Positions 55,554 through 64,000 of a stretch of 64,000 nucleotides of DNA are shown piece after piece. How positions within the stretch are numbered: the stretch's first letter is position 1; every line of letters starts with the position of its first letter. The DNA lies in the NCBI GenBank assembly GCA_963708295.1, contig CAVPSJ010000013.1:32001-96000 (forward strand), given 5' to 3'. The translations under genes were made by a program, and so were the position numbers. This DNA comes from an uncultured delta proteobacterium (GTDB taxonomy: Bacteria > Desulfobacterota > BSN033 > UBA1163). Under the pieces are notes generated by a model. It saw nothing but the letters and a program-made list of their open reading frames with translations. It did no database searches and was not told the origin of the DNA.

Positions 55554-56286
55554 ATGGAATCTGAGAAAAAAACATTGGTGGTCATTCCCGCGTTTAATGA
55601 AGAAGCTTCTATAAAGAGGGTGATCGAGGGGGTGAGGAGCACTCTTCCACAATCGACGATCCTTGTCGTGAATGATGGGTCCAAGGATCTCACATCAAAA
55701 AAGGCCAGAGGCTATGAGGCAACTGTTCTGGATCTCCCCTTCAACCTCGGAATCGGTGGAGCCATGCAAGCCGGATATAAATATGCCAATGAGAAAGGTT
55801 ACGACATCGCGATTCAGGTGGATGCAGATGGACAGCACGATCCAAGAGAAATACCAAAGCTTCTTCACGCATTAAGTGAGAAAAAGGTGGATATGGTGAT
55901 TGGTTCACGTTTCCTCGGCGATTCGGAATTTAAGTCATCCCTGATGAGGAGGATAGGAATTTCCATCTTCTCCCGGGTGATTTCAACGATTGCCAAGCAG
56001 AAGATTACAGACCCCACCTCCGGATTTAGAGCGGCGAATCGAAAGGCGATTCAATTATTTGCCTCGAATTATCCGCAGGATTATCCGGAGCCGGAAGCCG
56101 TGGTCTTACTCCATCAATGTCGTCTTAAGATGGGAGAAGTCCCGGTTGGGATGAGTCAGAGATATTCCGGGGAGTCTTCGATCACGAAGATCAGGTCTGT
56201 CTATTATGTGGTAAAGGTTCTGCTGGCGATTATTGTAGATTGTTTTAAAAAGCCGCCTTTTTTAGAGGGAGGAGGAGCGATGTTGA
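55554..56286 (+). CDS. GT2 polyprenol-phosphate glycosyltransferase (DPM synthase-like); end inferred
   Basis: IPAFNEE, NDGSKD, NLGIGGA, QVDADGQH, GSRF, DPTSGFRA, YPEPE. Confidence 0.85.
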
Positions 56287-56660
56287 TCAAGGTTCAGATC
56301 GTTGTCGGATTGCTCAGTATTTTTCTGCTCTGGACTACCTTTGAACTGGTCCGGAAGAATCGGTTACGGGAGGAGTATGCGATCCTCTGGCTTTTTACGG
56401 GGATCGTGGTTTTAGTCTTGAGTCTATGGCCTGAGTTTCTTCTCTCGCAGTTTTTTGCAAGAATTACTGGCATTTTCTATTTGTCTGCAGTCGTAGTTAT
56501 CGCCTTTCTCTTCCTTCTCCTCATCGTCCTCCATTTCTCAGTGGTGATTTCTAGGTTAACTAATCAAAATAAAGAACTGGCCCAACGCCATGCCCTTCTT
56601 GAATTGGAGTTCAAAGAGCTCAGAAGGCATTACCTCCCACTGGATAAGCCTTCTTCATGA
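56280..56660 (+). CDS. DUF2304-like small membrane protein
   Basis: RLREEYAILW, three TMs, ISRL..QNKELAQ; GGAGG RBS directly before ATG. Confidence 0.8.
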   Translation: MLIKVQIVVGLLSIFLLWTTFELVRKNRLREEYAILWLFTGIVVLVLSLWPEFLLSQFFARITGIFYLSAVVVIAFLFLLLIVLHFSVVISRLTNQNKELAQRHALLELEFKELRRHYLPLDKPSS

Positions 56661-56729
56661 AAGGATGGAGTCTTTACAACAATCAAAAACAGGAAGAAAG
56701 ATCTCATTCCGTTTAGCTCTATGGCCTTT

Positions 56730-56837
56730 TTGATACTTCGACGGCGCCAAACCCCATCCTTTGGGACGGGGTCAAAAGCGCCGCTCAGTATCAACCCAAA
56801 CGCCTGGCTTTAGACCGGGGAAAGTCGAAGGGCTGAT
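56730..56837. repeat. Structured double-hairpin repeat, copy 3
   Basis: TTGATAC-TTCGAC-[GGCGC..GCGCC]-GCTCA-GTATCAA-CCCAAAC-[hairpin]-GTCGAA-GGGCTGAT. Confidence 0.85.
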
Positions 56838-57299
56838 TTTTCTACGGTCGTGTGTGTTGGTTACTTCGCCATCCCACACCATTTCAGAAGAGGGGACACC
56901 GCGTGGAAAGGCTTTCAGCCGAGCCCACTTTTGTGAGATAGATGGTCTGTGATGGAATGATCTTGGGGATTCTCCTATTGAGGCAATTTAATTCAGAACG
57001 ATTTATTTCTTTTCAATTTTAACCGAGAGAACAGTTAGGCGTTGAGGTCGTGTGCACCCAGGCGGCCTTTGATAAGGCCTTTGAAAAAAAATCCATCCTG
57101 CTTTATCAAAAAGATGACACCCATTGGAATGCAACTGCGGTTAGAATTGCTGTAGATTGGCTTACAAAAGTGATTCAGAACAAAGATGAAGCTGTCCCCC
57201 ATTCTTAAAAAGACTCGTAGATGGAGGCCGAGACACCCATTGGGACGGAGATGGCGTCCGATGGATGGCGGATTTGATTGTGAAGGCCATTGAGGAGAG

Positions 57300-57600
57300 G
57301 GAATAACCGTTATTCCGCTGCGGAATGATTCCGCCGGCCACGGGTCTTCCATCCTTTCCTAATACAAACCTTCCCATCTCAGGGATTTCATTAAGAAGAT
57401 CTACCACCGTCTTTCCATCAAGCTGAATCAGGACGTCTGCCACCTCTGCGTTCTGGATGGATAAAGCATCTTCCTCCGTTAATTTGATAGAGGTAGGGTC
57501 AAATTTCTCATAAATCTTTTCAATTCAGCAAGGGATCTCCTACGTCACGCATTTGAAAAGAAGCGGGTCTCCCTTCTGATGGACGGCCTGCCTCCTCCAA
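57300..57600 (-). pseudogene. C-terminal fragment of a CysN/EF-Tu-like GTPase (sulfate adenylyltransferase subunit 1-like)
   Basis: FKCVT*EIPC*IEK, IYEKFDP, IQNAEVADV, EIPEMGRFVL, PVAGGII; in-frame stops present. Confidence 0.6.
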
Positions 57601-57676
57601 AAGATGTTTTCCCTTGATAAAGGGAAATGGTTTTGTTAAAAAAAGAGTTAAAAAAGAAGGGATGGAGAGAAAGAAG

Positions 57677-58624
57677 ATGTCAAAGGTATTAGTCACCGGA
57701 GGTGCGGGGTTTATCGGGTCAAACCTGACGGAGGCCGTGCTCCAGAGAGGCCATTCCGTTCGAGTTCTAGACGATTTTTCGACGGGCAAAAGAGAGAACC
57801 TGATTTTTGAGAAAGCCTATCCTTCTCTCGAGATCATCGAAGGAGACCTCCGGGACCTCAGCTCCTGCCGGAAGGCGGTCCAAGGAATGGAATATGTATT
57901 CCATCAAGGTGCCCTGCCGTCGGTTCAACGTTCCGTCGAGGATCCGGAAACCTCCCATGCAGTCAATGTGGGAGGGACCTTGAATATCCTCCTTGCCGCC
58001 AGGGAAAAAGGGGTGAAAAGAGTCATGTATGCCGCCTCTTCCTCCGTCTACGGAGATACCCCCACGTTGCCGAAGCATGAAGAAATGCCCCCCAATCCTC
58101 TCTCACCCTATGCCCTACAAAAATATATTGGCGAGCAATATTGCCGGCTTTTTTACCAACTCTACGGCCTCGAAACCGTTTCTCTCAGGTATTTCAATAT
58201 CTTTGGCCCAAAACAGGATCCGAACTCGCTTTACTCTGCCGTCATCCCCAAATTCATCGATGCCCTGCTTCAGGGGAGTCCCCCGACCATTTACGGAGAC
58301 GGAGAGCAGTCTCGAGATTTTACATTTATTGAAAATGTGGTCCAGGCCAATCTTCTCGCCATGTCTGCGGCCCGCCTCCACGGAGAAGCCATTAATATTG
58401 CCTGTGGAAAAAGAATCTCGCTGAACCAATTATTGAGTGTCCTGAAAGAGATCCTTGGATCGAAGCAATCCCCGCGTTATCAAGAGATGCGGAAAGGAGA
58501 CGTAAAGCACTCTCTGGCAGATATCCGCAGGGGGAAGGAAATTATAAATTATGAACCAACCGTGGGGATTGAGGCCGGATTGAGAAAGACGGTCGATTTT
58601 TTCAAGGGCCAGAAGAAATCTTGA
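57677..58624 (+). CDS. UDP-GlcNAc/UDP-glucose 4-epimerase (WbpP-like SDR)
   Basis: VTGGAGFIGS, GALPSVQRS, ASSSVYG, SPYALQK, YFNIFGPKQDP, YSAVIPKF. Confidence 0.9.
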   Translation: MSKVLVTGGAGFIGSNLTEAVLQRGHSVRVLDDFSTGKRENLIFEKAYPSLEIIEGDLRDLSSCRKAVQGMEYVFHQGALPSVQRSVEDPETSHAVNVGGTLNILLAAREKGVKRVMYAASSSVYGDTPTLPKHEEMPPNPLSPYALQKYIGEQYCRLFYQLYGLETVSLRYFNIFGPKQDPNSLYSAVIPKFIDALLQGSPPTIYGDGEQSRDFTFIENVVQANLLAMSAARLHGEAINIACGKRISLNQLLSVLKEILGSKQSPRYQEMRKGDVKHSLADIRRGKEIINYEPTVGIEAGLRKTVDFFKGQKKS

Positions 58625-58637
58625 AGGAATAGAACAA

Positions 58638-59648
58638 ATGATCAGGATGAAAGAACGAAAAAAACTGGAATCGATATTGAAAAGTTTTCCTAGAGTCAAA
58701 CTCTTGGTGGTCGGCGACATTATGATGGATCGTTCCATCCTGGGCAAGGTGTCTCGGATATCGCCGGAAGCCCCTGTTCCGGTCATCATTGCAGAGACAG
58801 AGGATTTCAATCTCGGAGGGGCTGCCAATGTCGCTCATAATATTCGCTCCCTCGGGGGAACCGTGTCGCTCTGCGGAATTATCGGGGATGACGAAAACGG
58901 GCGAAAGCTATATCGAAGGATCGTTGAAAGGGGAATCCAAGGGCAGGGGATATTTTTCGAGCAAGGGAGACAGACGACGGTCAAGACAAGAATTATTGCT
59001 CACCACCCTCATTATCAGCAGTTGGTTCGGGTCGATCGGGAGACGACCGACCGTCCCAAGGGGGCGACTTTCAGAAATCTATCAAGGTTTCTGACGGAAA
59101 AAATGGAGGAATTCGACGGGATCGTTATTTCCGATTACGGGAAAGGTTTATTGACGAGAAAACTCATTCAAACCGTGATTAAGAAAGCGAAGAAGTCGAA
59201 GAAGTTGATCATGGTTGACCCCAAATTGAAGAATTTCTTCGCTTATAAGGGAATTACCGTCATTACGCCAAATACCAATGAAGCCAGCGAAGCATCCAGA
59301 ATCCCTGTCACCGATCAATTCTCCGTCGATAAAATGGGAAGGACTCTGTTGAGGAGGTTGAAATGCAGTGCCTTGGTCATCACCCAGGGAGAAAAGGGGA
59401 TGACCATTTTTGAGCCCAATCAGAAACCCTATCGTGTCCCCACGGTCGCGAAAGAGGTTTACGATGTGACGGGTGCGGGAGACACAGTGATCGGAACGAT
59501 GGCCCTTGCCCTAGGAACAGGACCCGCAGTAAGCTATAAAGATGCAGCAAGCTTAGCGAACTATGCAGCGGGGATTGTGGTCGGAAAGGTGGGAACCGCG
59601 ATTGTAAACAAAGAAGAATTGTTGAACGTGATCCAGGAGAAAAACTGA
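58638..59648 (+). CDS. hldA: D-glycero-D-manno-heptose-7-phosphate kinase (RfaE domain I)
   Basis: RISPEAPVP, GGAANVA, KTR, SDYGKG, TPN, DVTGAGDT, VVGKVGT. Confidence 0.92.
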   Translation: MIRMKERKKLESILKSFPRVKLLVVGDIMMDRSILGKVSRISPEAPVPVIIAETEDFNLGGAANVAHNIRSLGGTVSLCGIIGDDENGRKLYRRIVERGIQGQGIFFEQGRQTTVKTRIIAHHPHYQQLVRVDRETTDRPKGATFRNLSRFLTEKMEEFDGIVISDYGKGLLTRKLIQTVIKKAKKSKKLIMVDPKLKNFFAYKGITVITPNTNEASEASRIPVTDQFSVDKMGRTLLRRLKCSALVITQGEKGMTIFEPNQKPYRVPTVAKEVYDVTGAGDTVIGTMALALGTGPAVSYKDAASLANYAAGIVVGKVGTAIVNKEELLNVIQEKN

Positions 59649-59704
59649 GCCTTGGTGGCTCCGGGTTTTTCTTACCATCCGCCGGAGAAAAGCGACTGAA
59701 AACA

Positions 59705-59747
59705 GAAAGACCCTGCCTCAGCACCGAGGATAGGGTCTTTCATTTTT
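59705..59747. terminator. Likely bidirectional terminator between convergent hldA and dodecin
   Basis: GAAAGACCCT-GCCTC..GAGGA-TAGGGTCTTTC with T-rich runs following on both strands. Confidence 0.65.
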
Positions 59748-59801
59748 GTCCCTTTTGGTCGCGGCCGAGCCTGCCTGCCGACAGGCTGGTTTGTCAATAA
59801 A

Positions 59802-59910
59802 AGTGACCGGCAAGTGCCCCGCAGGCCCTGCCTTGTAGGCGGGGTTAAGGGGCACAATCAAAAAGATATTTCTTTTCCGGGAAGCCCCGGCCTGTGGCCG
59901 AGGAGCTTCA
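59802..59910 (+). mobile_element. Miniature IS200/IS605-like palindromic element (non-autonomous)
   Basis: Two GC hairpins (GTGCCCC..CCCTGCC-TTGTA-GGCGGGG..GGGGCAC; GAAGCCCCGGCC-TGT-GGCCGAGGAGCTTCA); degenerate inverted copy at 60260. Confidence 0.55.
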
Positions 59911-60123
59911 TTATGTTTCGAGAACGAAAATGATTTCCAACCTCACCCTGTATTCAATGATCTTTGAGTTTTCCACTGCCACCCGCATTTCAGCAACACG
60001 CATTCCGGTGATACCTCTTAAGGTTTTTGTCGCTCTTGCGAAGCCAACCTTGATGGCATCCTCAAAATTCTTTGAGGACCCTGCGATGATTTCAGTCACC
60101 CTCGCGATCCTTGGTTCTCCCAT
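59911..60123 (-). CDS. Dodecin family flavin-binding protein
   Basis: ARVTEIIAGSSKNFEDAI, RATKTLRGI, EYRVRLEIIF; AGGAGGT RBS. Confidence 0.9.
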   Translation of the reverse strand: MGEPRIARVTEIIAGSSKNFEDAIKVGFARATKTLRGITGMRVAEMRVAVENSKIIEYRVRLEIIFVLET

Positions 60124-60163
60124 GCCGATCACCTCCTTTTGTTAAAATGGGTGTCAATACCGA

Positions 60164-60193
60164 AGTCTATACAGAAAACCTGAAGGATGTCAA
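60164..60193 (-). promoter_or_regulatory. Putative sigma70 promoter for dodecin
   Basis: Minus strand TTGACA-N18-TAGACT. Confidence 0.5.
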
Positions 60194-60259
60194 TGAGAAA
60201 AATTGCCCACCTTGAGTTTATTTTTCTACGAATAGTTGTCGACACCAGGAGGCGAGTTA

Positions 60260-60335
60260 TGAAGCTCCCCGCCGCAGGATGGCGCTCCTACCCGGGGGCA
60301 ACGTACTATGATTTGTAGGGTGCCCCTTGGCTCCG
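60260..60335 (-). mobile_element. Degenerate second copy of the miniature palindromic element
   Basis: TGAAGCTCCCCGCC...CCCGG...GTGCCCCTT matches the reverse complement of 59802-59910 (TGAAGCTCCTCGGCC...CCCGG...GTGCCCCTT). Confidence 0.5.
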
Positions 60336-60499
60336 ACCCGAGCTTTTAAGGTGCGAGCGAGATCGGATGTTGCGGAGAACCTCATCGGTATCAAAGACCA
60401 AAGCTTGATAAGGGTCCGGGACTCAATCCCTAAGGGTTTACCCTGGTCGTGGATAAGGAAAAACTGGAGGTGTGTAAGAGAAAATTGTTGAGAAAGATA

Positions 60500-60529
60500 T
60501 TGATAAATTTTAAGATTGTGTTATAAAAT
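60500..60529 (+). promoter_or_regulatory. Putative sigma70 promoter for xerC-hslVU
   Basis: TTGATA then TGTTATAAAAT in an AT-rich patch ~60 nt before xerC. Confidence 0.45.
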
Positions 60530-60590
60530 GAAATTTCAATAATATTTAATAACTTACACGTTGTCTGAAGAATGATAGATGAGGGAATGA

Positions 60591-61571
60591 ATGGTTTCTC
60601 GGTCTTTTGAGAAGCTCGGCCTCATTCAGCAGTTTATCCGTTATCTTTCTTTAGAGAAGAATGCTTCTCCTCATACCTGCCGGTGCTATAGGAAGGATTT
60701 GGAGGGGTTTGAGGATTTCTTAAGGAGTTCAGGGATGTATCTCAACCCTGCGGGAGATGTTGAGATAGAAAAAGTGGATCGGATGGCGATTCGAAAATAC
60801 ATGAGCTTCCTTCACCGGAAGAATAAGAAGAGTTCTATTGCCAGGAAGATTTCAACGCTGCGGTCTTTTTTTAGATATTTGATCCGAGAGCAGGTGATTC
60901 CTTCTAACCCGGCCAAGAGTGTTTCATCTCCGAAGGTGGAAAAGGCCCTTCCCACCGCTCTGACGGTCGATGAGGCCTTCCGGCTGATGGAATCACCCAA
61001 GAATATTCCCGAGAAGTCTTCAGAAGTGTCAAAGGAGGGTCGCTCAAGAGATCGAGCCATTCTGGAACTTCTTTATTCAAGCGGATTACGGGTGAGTGAA
61101 TTGGTCGGGCTGAATTTGGACCAGTTGAACCCAGATTTGGGCATTGTGAGAGTGATGGGAAAGGGGAGGAAGGAGCGCATTGTTCCTGTTGGGGGGAAGG
61201 CGCTGGAGGCACTGAAGGTTTATTTGGAAGAAAGAGGTGGATCGAGGGGAGAAGACCCCATTTTTAGGAACTCCTTGGGTGGAAGGTTAACGACACGTTC
61301 CGTGGGAAGGTTGATTAAGAAGTACACGAGGCATTCTGGCATTTCCCGGAGAGTCAGCCCCCATAGTCTCCGGCACACGTTTGCAACGCATCTCTTGGAT
61401 GCGGGAGCGGATATTCGAGAGATTCAAGAGATGTTAGGGCACTCGAGTCTCTCGACGACCCAAAGATACACCCACGTAAGCGTGGGAAGATTGATGGAGG
61501 TCTACGACAAAGCTCATCCCCGCAGTTTCAAAAACCAACACCGGCAAGGTAAGGGGGGAGAGGGTGGATGA
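60591..61571 (+). CDS. xerC: Tyrosine recombinase XerC
   Basis: RDRAILELLYSSGLRVSE, GKGRKER, SPHSLRHTFATHLL, LGH, TTQRYTH; upstream of hslVU. Confidence 0.92.
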   Translation: MVSRSFEKLGLIQQFIRYLSLEKNASPHTCRCYRKDLEGFEDFLRSSGMYLNPAGDVEIEKVDRMAIRKYMSFLHRKNKKSSIARKISTLRSFFRYLIREQVIPSNPAKSVSSPKVEKALPTALTVDEAFRLMESPKNIPEKSSEVSKEGRSRDRAILELLYSSGLRVSELVGLNLDQLNPDLGIVRVMGKGRKERIVPVGGKALEALKVYLEERGGSRGEDPIFRNSLGGRLTTRSVGRLIKKYTRHSGISRRVSPHSLRHTFATHLLDAGADIREIQEMLGHSSLSTTQRYTHVSVGRLMEVYDKAHPRSFKNQHRQGKGGEGG

Positions 61572-61766
61572 GCACCTTCTGGAATTGGGGTAGTCCAGAA
61601 AACAAGAACTTCATCTTACGGCAAGGGTTAAGATGCCCGTTTCGTCACTCGGTTACGTCTTTGGTCTTAAGAATTTCACGTAACCTTTCAACATTAGACC
61701 AAACAGGCTTCGTCGCCGTAACCTTAACCTAAAGAACAGATGATTTTCATGGTTCACGGAGAGAGT

Positions 61767-62303
61767 ATGATGCATCAGATGCATGCCACTACGGTTTTGG
61801 GAGTTCGGCACAAGGGGAAGGTGGTCATGGCGGGAGATGGCCAGGTGTCTCTTGAACATACCATCATGAAACATACCGCCCGGAAGGTTCGAAGGATTTA
61901 CCATGATAAGGTTCTGGCCGGTTTTGCGGGGGCCACGGCGGATGCCTTCACTCTTTTTGCAAAGTTTGAAGAAAAATTGGATCAATTCAGCGGGAATCTA
62001 CTCAGGGCAGCCGTCGAGTTGGCCAAGGATTGGAGGACCGACCGGATCCTCCGGAGGCTGGAAGCTTTGCTCATCGTCGCTGACTTTGAGCACACGCTCG
62101 TGATCTCTGGAAATGGAGATGTCATTGAACCCGACGATGGGGTGACCGCCATTGGAAGTGGTGGGCCTTATGCCCATGCGGCTGCCAAGGCACTGACGGA
62201 ATTTTCAAACCTTGACGCCAAGGCCATTGCGGTAGAGGCGATGAAGATTGCCGCCTCCATCTGCATTTATACCAACGATCAAATTATCGTAGAGGAATTG
62301 TGA
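61767..62303 (+). CDS. hslV: ATP-dependent protease peptidase subunit HslV
   Basis: [38 protein letters not shown]. Confidence 0.97.
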   Translation: MMHQMHATTVLGVRHKGKVVMAGDGQVSLEHTIMKHTARKVRRIYHDKVLAGFAGATADAFTLFAKFEEKLDQFSGNLLRAAVELAKDWRTDRILRRLEALLIVADFEHTLVISGNGDVIEPDDGVTAIGSGGPYAHAAAKALTEFSNLDAKAIAVEAMKIAASICIYTNDQIIVEEL

Positions 62304-63631
62304 TGAAGACCTTCACTCCCCGCGAGATTGTTTCTGAACTGGATAAGTACATTGTCGGCCAAAGGGATGCGAAGCGGGCGGTTGCGATTGCATTGAGAAA
62401 CCGTTGGAGACGTCAACAGGTTCCCGAACCTCTTCGGGATGAAATTGCCCCCAAGAACATCATCATGATTGGTCCCACAGGGGTGGGCAAGACGGAAATC
62501 GCTCGAAGGCTGGCGAAATTGGCCCAAGCTCCTTTCCTGAAGATTGAGGCCTCCAAATTTACGGAGGTCGGCTACGTCGGCAGGGATGTGGAGTCGATGA
62601 TCCGCGACCTCACAGAGCTGGCGGTCAATATGATGAAATCTGAGGAGTCACGTAAAGTCCAACAGAGAGCGGACGAGGTGGCTGAAGAGAGGCTCCTGGA
62701 TTTGCTCCTTCCCTCCCCGGGGAAAGGGGCGCCGAAGGAAGGCGAAGATCAGCGGCCCACCCGTGAAAAGCTTCGAAAGTTGCTGAAGGCCGGAAAATTG
62801 AATGATAAGTTTGTGGAAGTGGAGATTGTCGACCGAAACCTTCCCGTCGTGGAGATCTTTTCTGCTTCTGGATTGGAAGAAATGGATATCAACATTAAAG
62901 ACATGTTTGGAAGCCTCTTTCCGAAGAAGAAAAAGCAGAGAAAGGTCAAGGTCCCGGAGGCCCTCACGATTCTCTCCCAGGAAGAGGCGTATAAGCTGAT
63001 CGATATGGATTCGGTGATCAAACAAGCCGTTGAGCGGGTCGAACAATCAGGGATTATTTTTCTCGATGAAATCGACAAGATCGCCGGGAGAGAAAGCACG
63101 TTGGGTCCGGACGTGTCCCGGGAGGGCGTCCAAAGAGACATCCTCCCCATCGTGGAAGGGACCACCGTGACGACGAAATATGGGATGGTCAAGACAGACC
63201 ATATTCTATTTATCGCTGCCGGAGCCTTCCATGTTTCCAAGCCCTCGGATCTCATTCCTGAACTCCAAGGCCGTTTCCCGATCCGGGTGGAATTGGATTC
63301 TTTGGGGAAGACGGATCTCGTACGAATCCTCACCGAACCGGAAAACGCCTTGATCAAACAGTACAGCGCTCTGTTGGACACCGAGTCGGTCAAGGTGAAG
63401 TTTACGGAAAATGGTATCGCAGAGATCGCCGAAATGGCGGCTTTGATTAATGAAAGGACGGAGAACATTGGAGCCAGGCGGCTTTACACGATGATGGAGA
63501 AATTACTGGATGAGATTTCATTCGACGCCCCTGAGATGTCGGGAAAAGACATAGTGATCGATGTCCAGTATGTTCAAACGAAGCTAAGGGATTTCGTACA
63601 GGACGAAGACCTGAGCCGGTATATCTTATAA
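62303..63631 (+). CDS. hslU: ATP-dependent protease ATPase subunit HslU
   Basis: [47 protein letters not shown]. Confidence 0.98.
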   Translation: MKTFTPREIVSELDKYIVGQRDAKRAVAIALRNRWRRQQVPEPLRDEIAPKNIIMIGPTGVGKTEIARRLAKLAQAPFLKIEASKFTEVGYVGRDVESMIRDLTELAVNMMKSEESRKVQQRADEVAEERLLDLLLPSPGKGAPKEGEDQRPTREKLRKLLKAGKLNDKFVEVEIVDRNLPVVEIFSASGLEEMDINIKDMFGSLFPKKKKQRKVKVPEALTILSQEEAYKLIDMDSVIKQAVERVEQSGIIFLDEIDKIAGRESTLGPDVSREGVQRDILPIVEGTTVTTKYGMVKTDHILFIAAGAFHVSKPSDLIPELQGRFPIRVELDSLGKTDLVRILTEPENALIKQYSALLDTESVKVKFTENGIAEIAEMAALINERTENIGARRLYTMMEKLLDEISFDAPEMSGKDIVIDVQYVQTKLRDFVQDEDLSRYIL

Positions 63632-63632
63632 T

Positions 63633-64000
<368 letters not shown>

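Noticed and set aside
55554-56660. Apparent GT2-DUF2304 fusion
   Set aside because: Strong internal RBS and ATG at 56280; removing one base in the homopolymer-rich junction gives a stop at 56284-56286; not trustworthy in an indel-rich contig
60591-61571. Tyrosine recombinase as integrase of a glycan island
   Set aside because: Sequence and xerC-hslV-hslU context fit housekeeping XerC; no att repeats, tRNA or dif-like site recognised
62749-63468. 239-aa antisense ORF
   Set aside because: Shadow of hslU

Overview
A 64-kb bacterial chromosomal segment; gene content and style (xerC-hslV-hslU-argB, pcm, rarA, LPS heptose genes) suggest a diderm Deltaproteobacteria/Desulfobacterota-like organism (inference). 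About 25 otherwise intact genes are split by single-base indels, most simply read as long-read assembly errors; coordinates of such genes are joined across the shift. Layout: housekeeping left arm (amidohydrolase end, PaaI thioesterase, suhB, rarA, pcm, giant TPR protein, TonB-C-like protein, ftsB, radical SAM, thioesterase); an AlgI/AlgJ O-acetylation cassette; a ~45-kb cell-envelope glycan locus (LPS core heptosyltransferases, WbpB/D/E/I-like enzymes, GT-C module, pssDE, gmd-fcl, wzm-wzt, an AT-richer methylated-sugar block, many GTs, WbpP-like epimerase, heptose kinase); then dodecin, xerC, hslVU, argB. No rRNA, tRNA, CRISPR array or intact transposase was seen. Most notable: (1) a three-copy structured repeat with compensatory base changes and interchangeable inserted hairpins, one copy inserted in frame (135 nt) into a glycosyltransferase; (2) a GxxExxY gene bracketed by inverted short-repeat arrays, plus several empty arrays; (3) a predicted branched C-methyl-deoxysugar/capping module with a catalytically altered GMD paralog; (4) a promoter-leader-terminator upstream of algI; (5) IS200/IS605-like miniature elements around dodecin.
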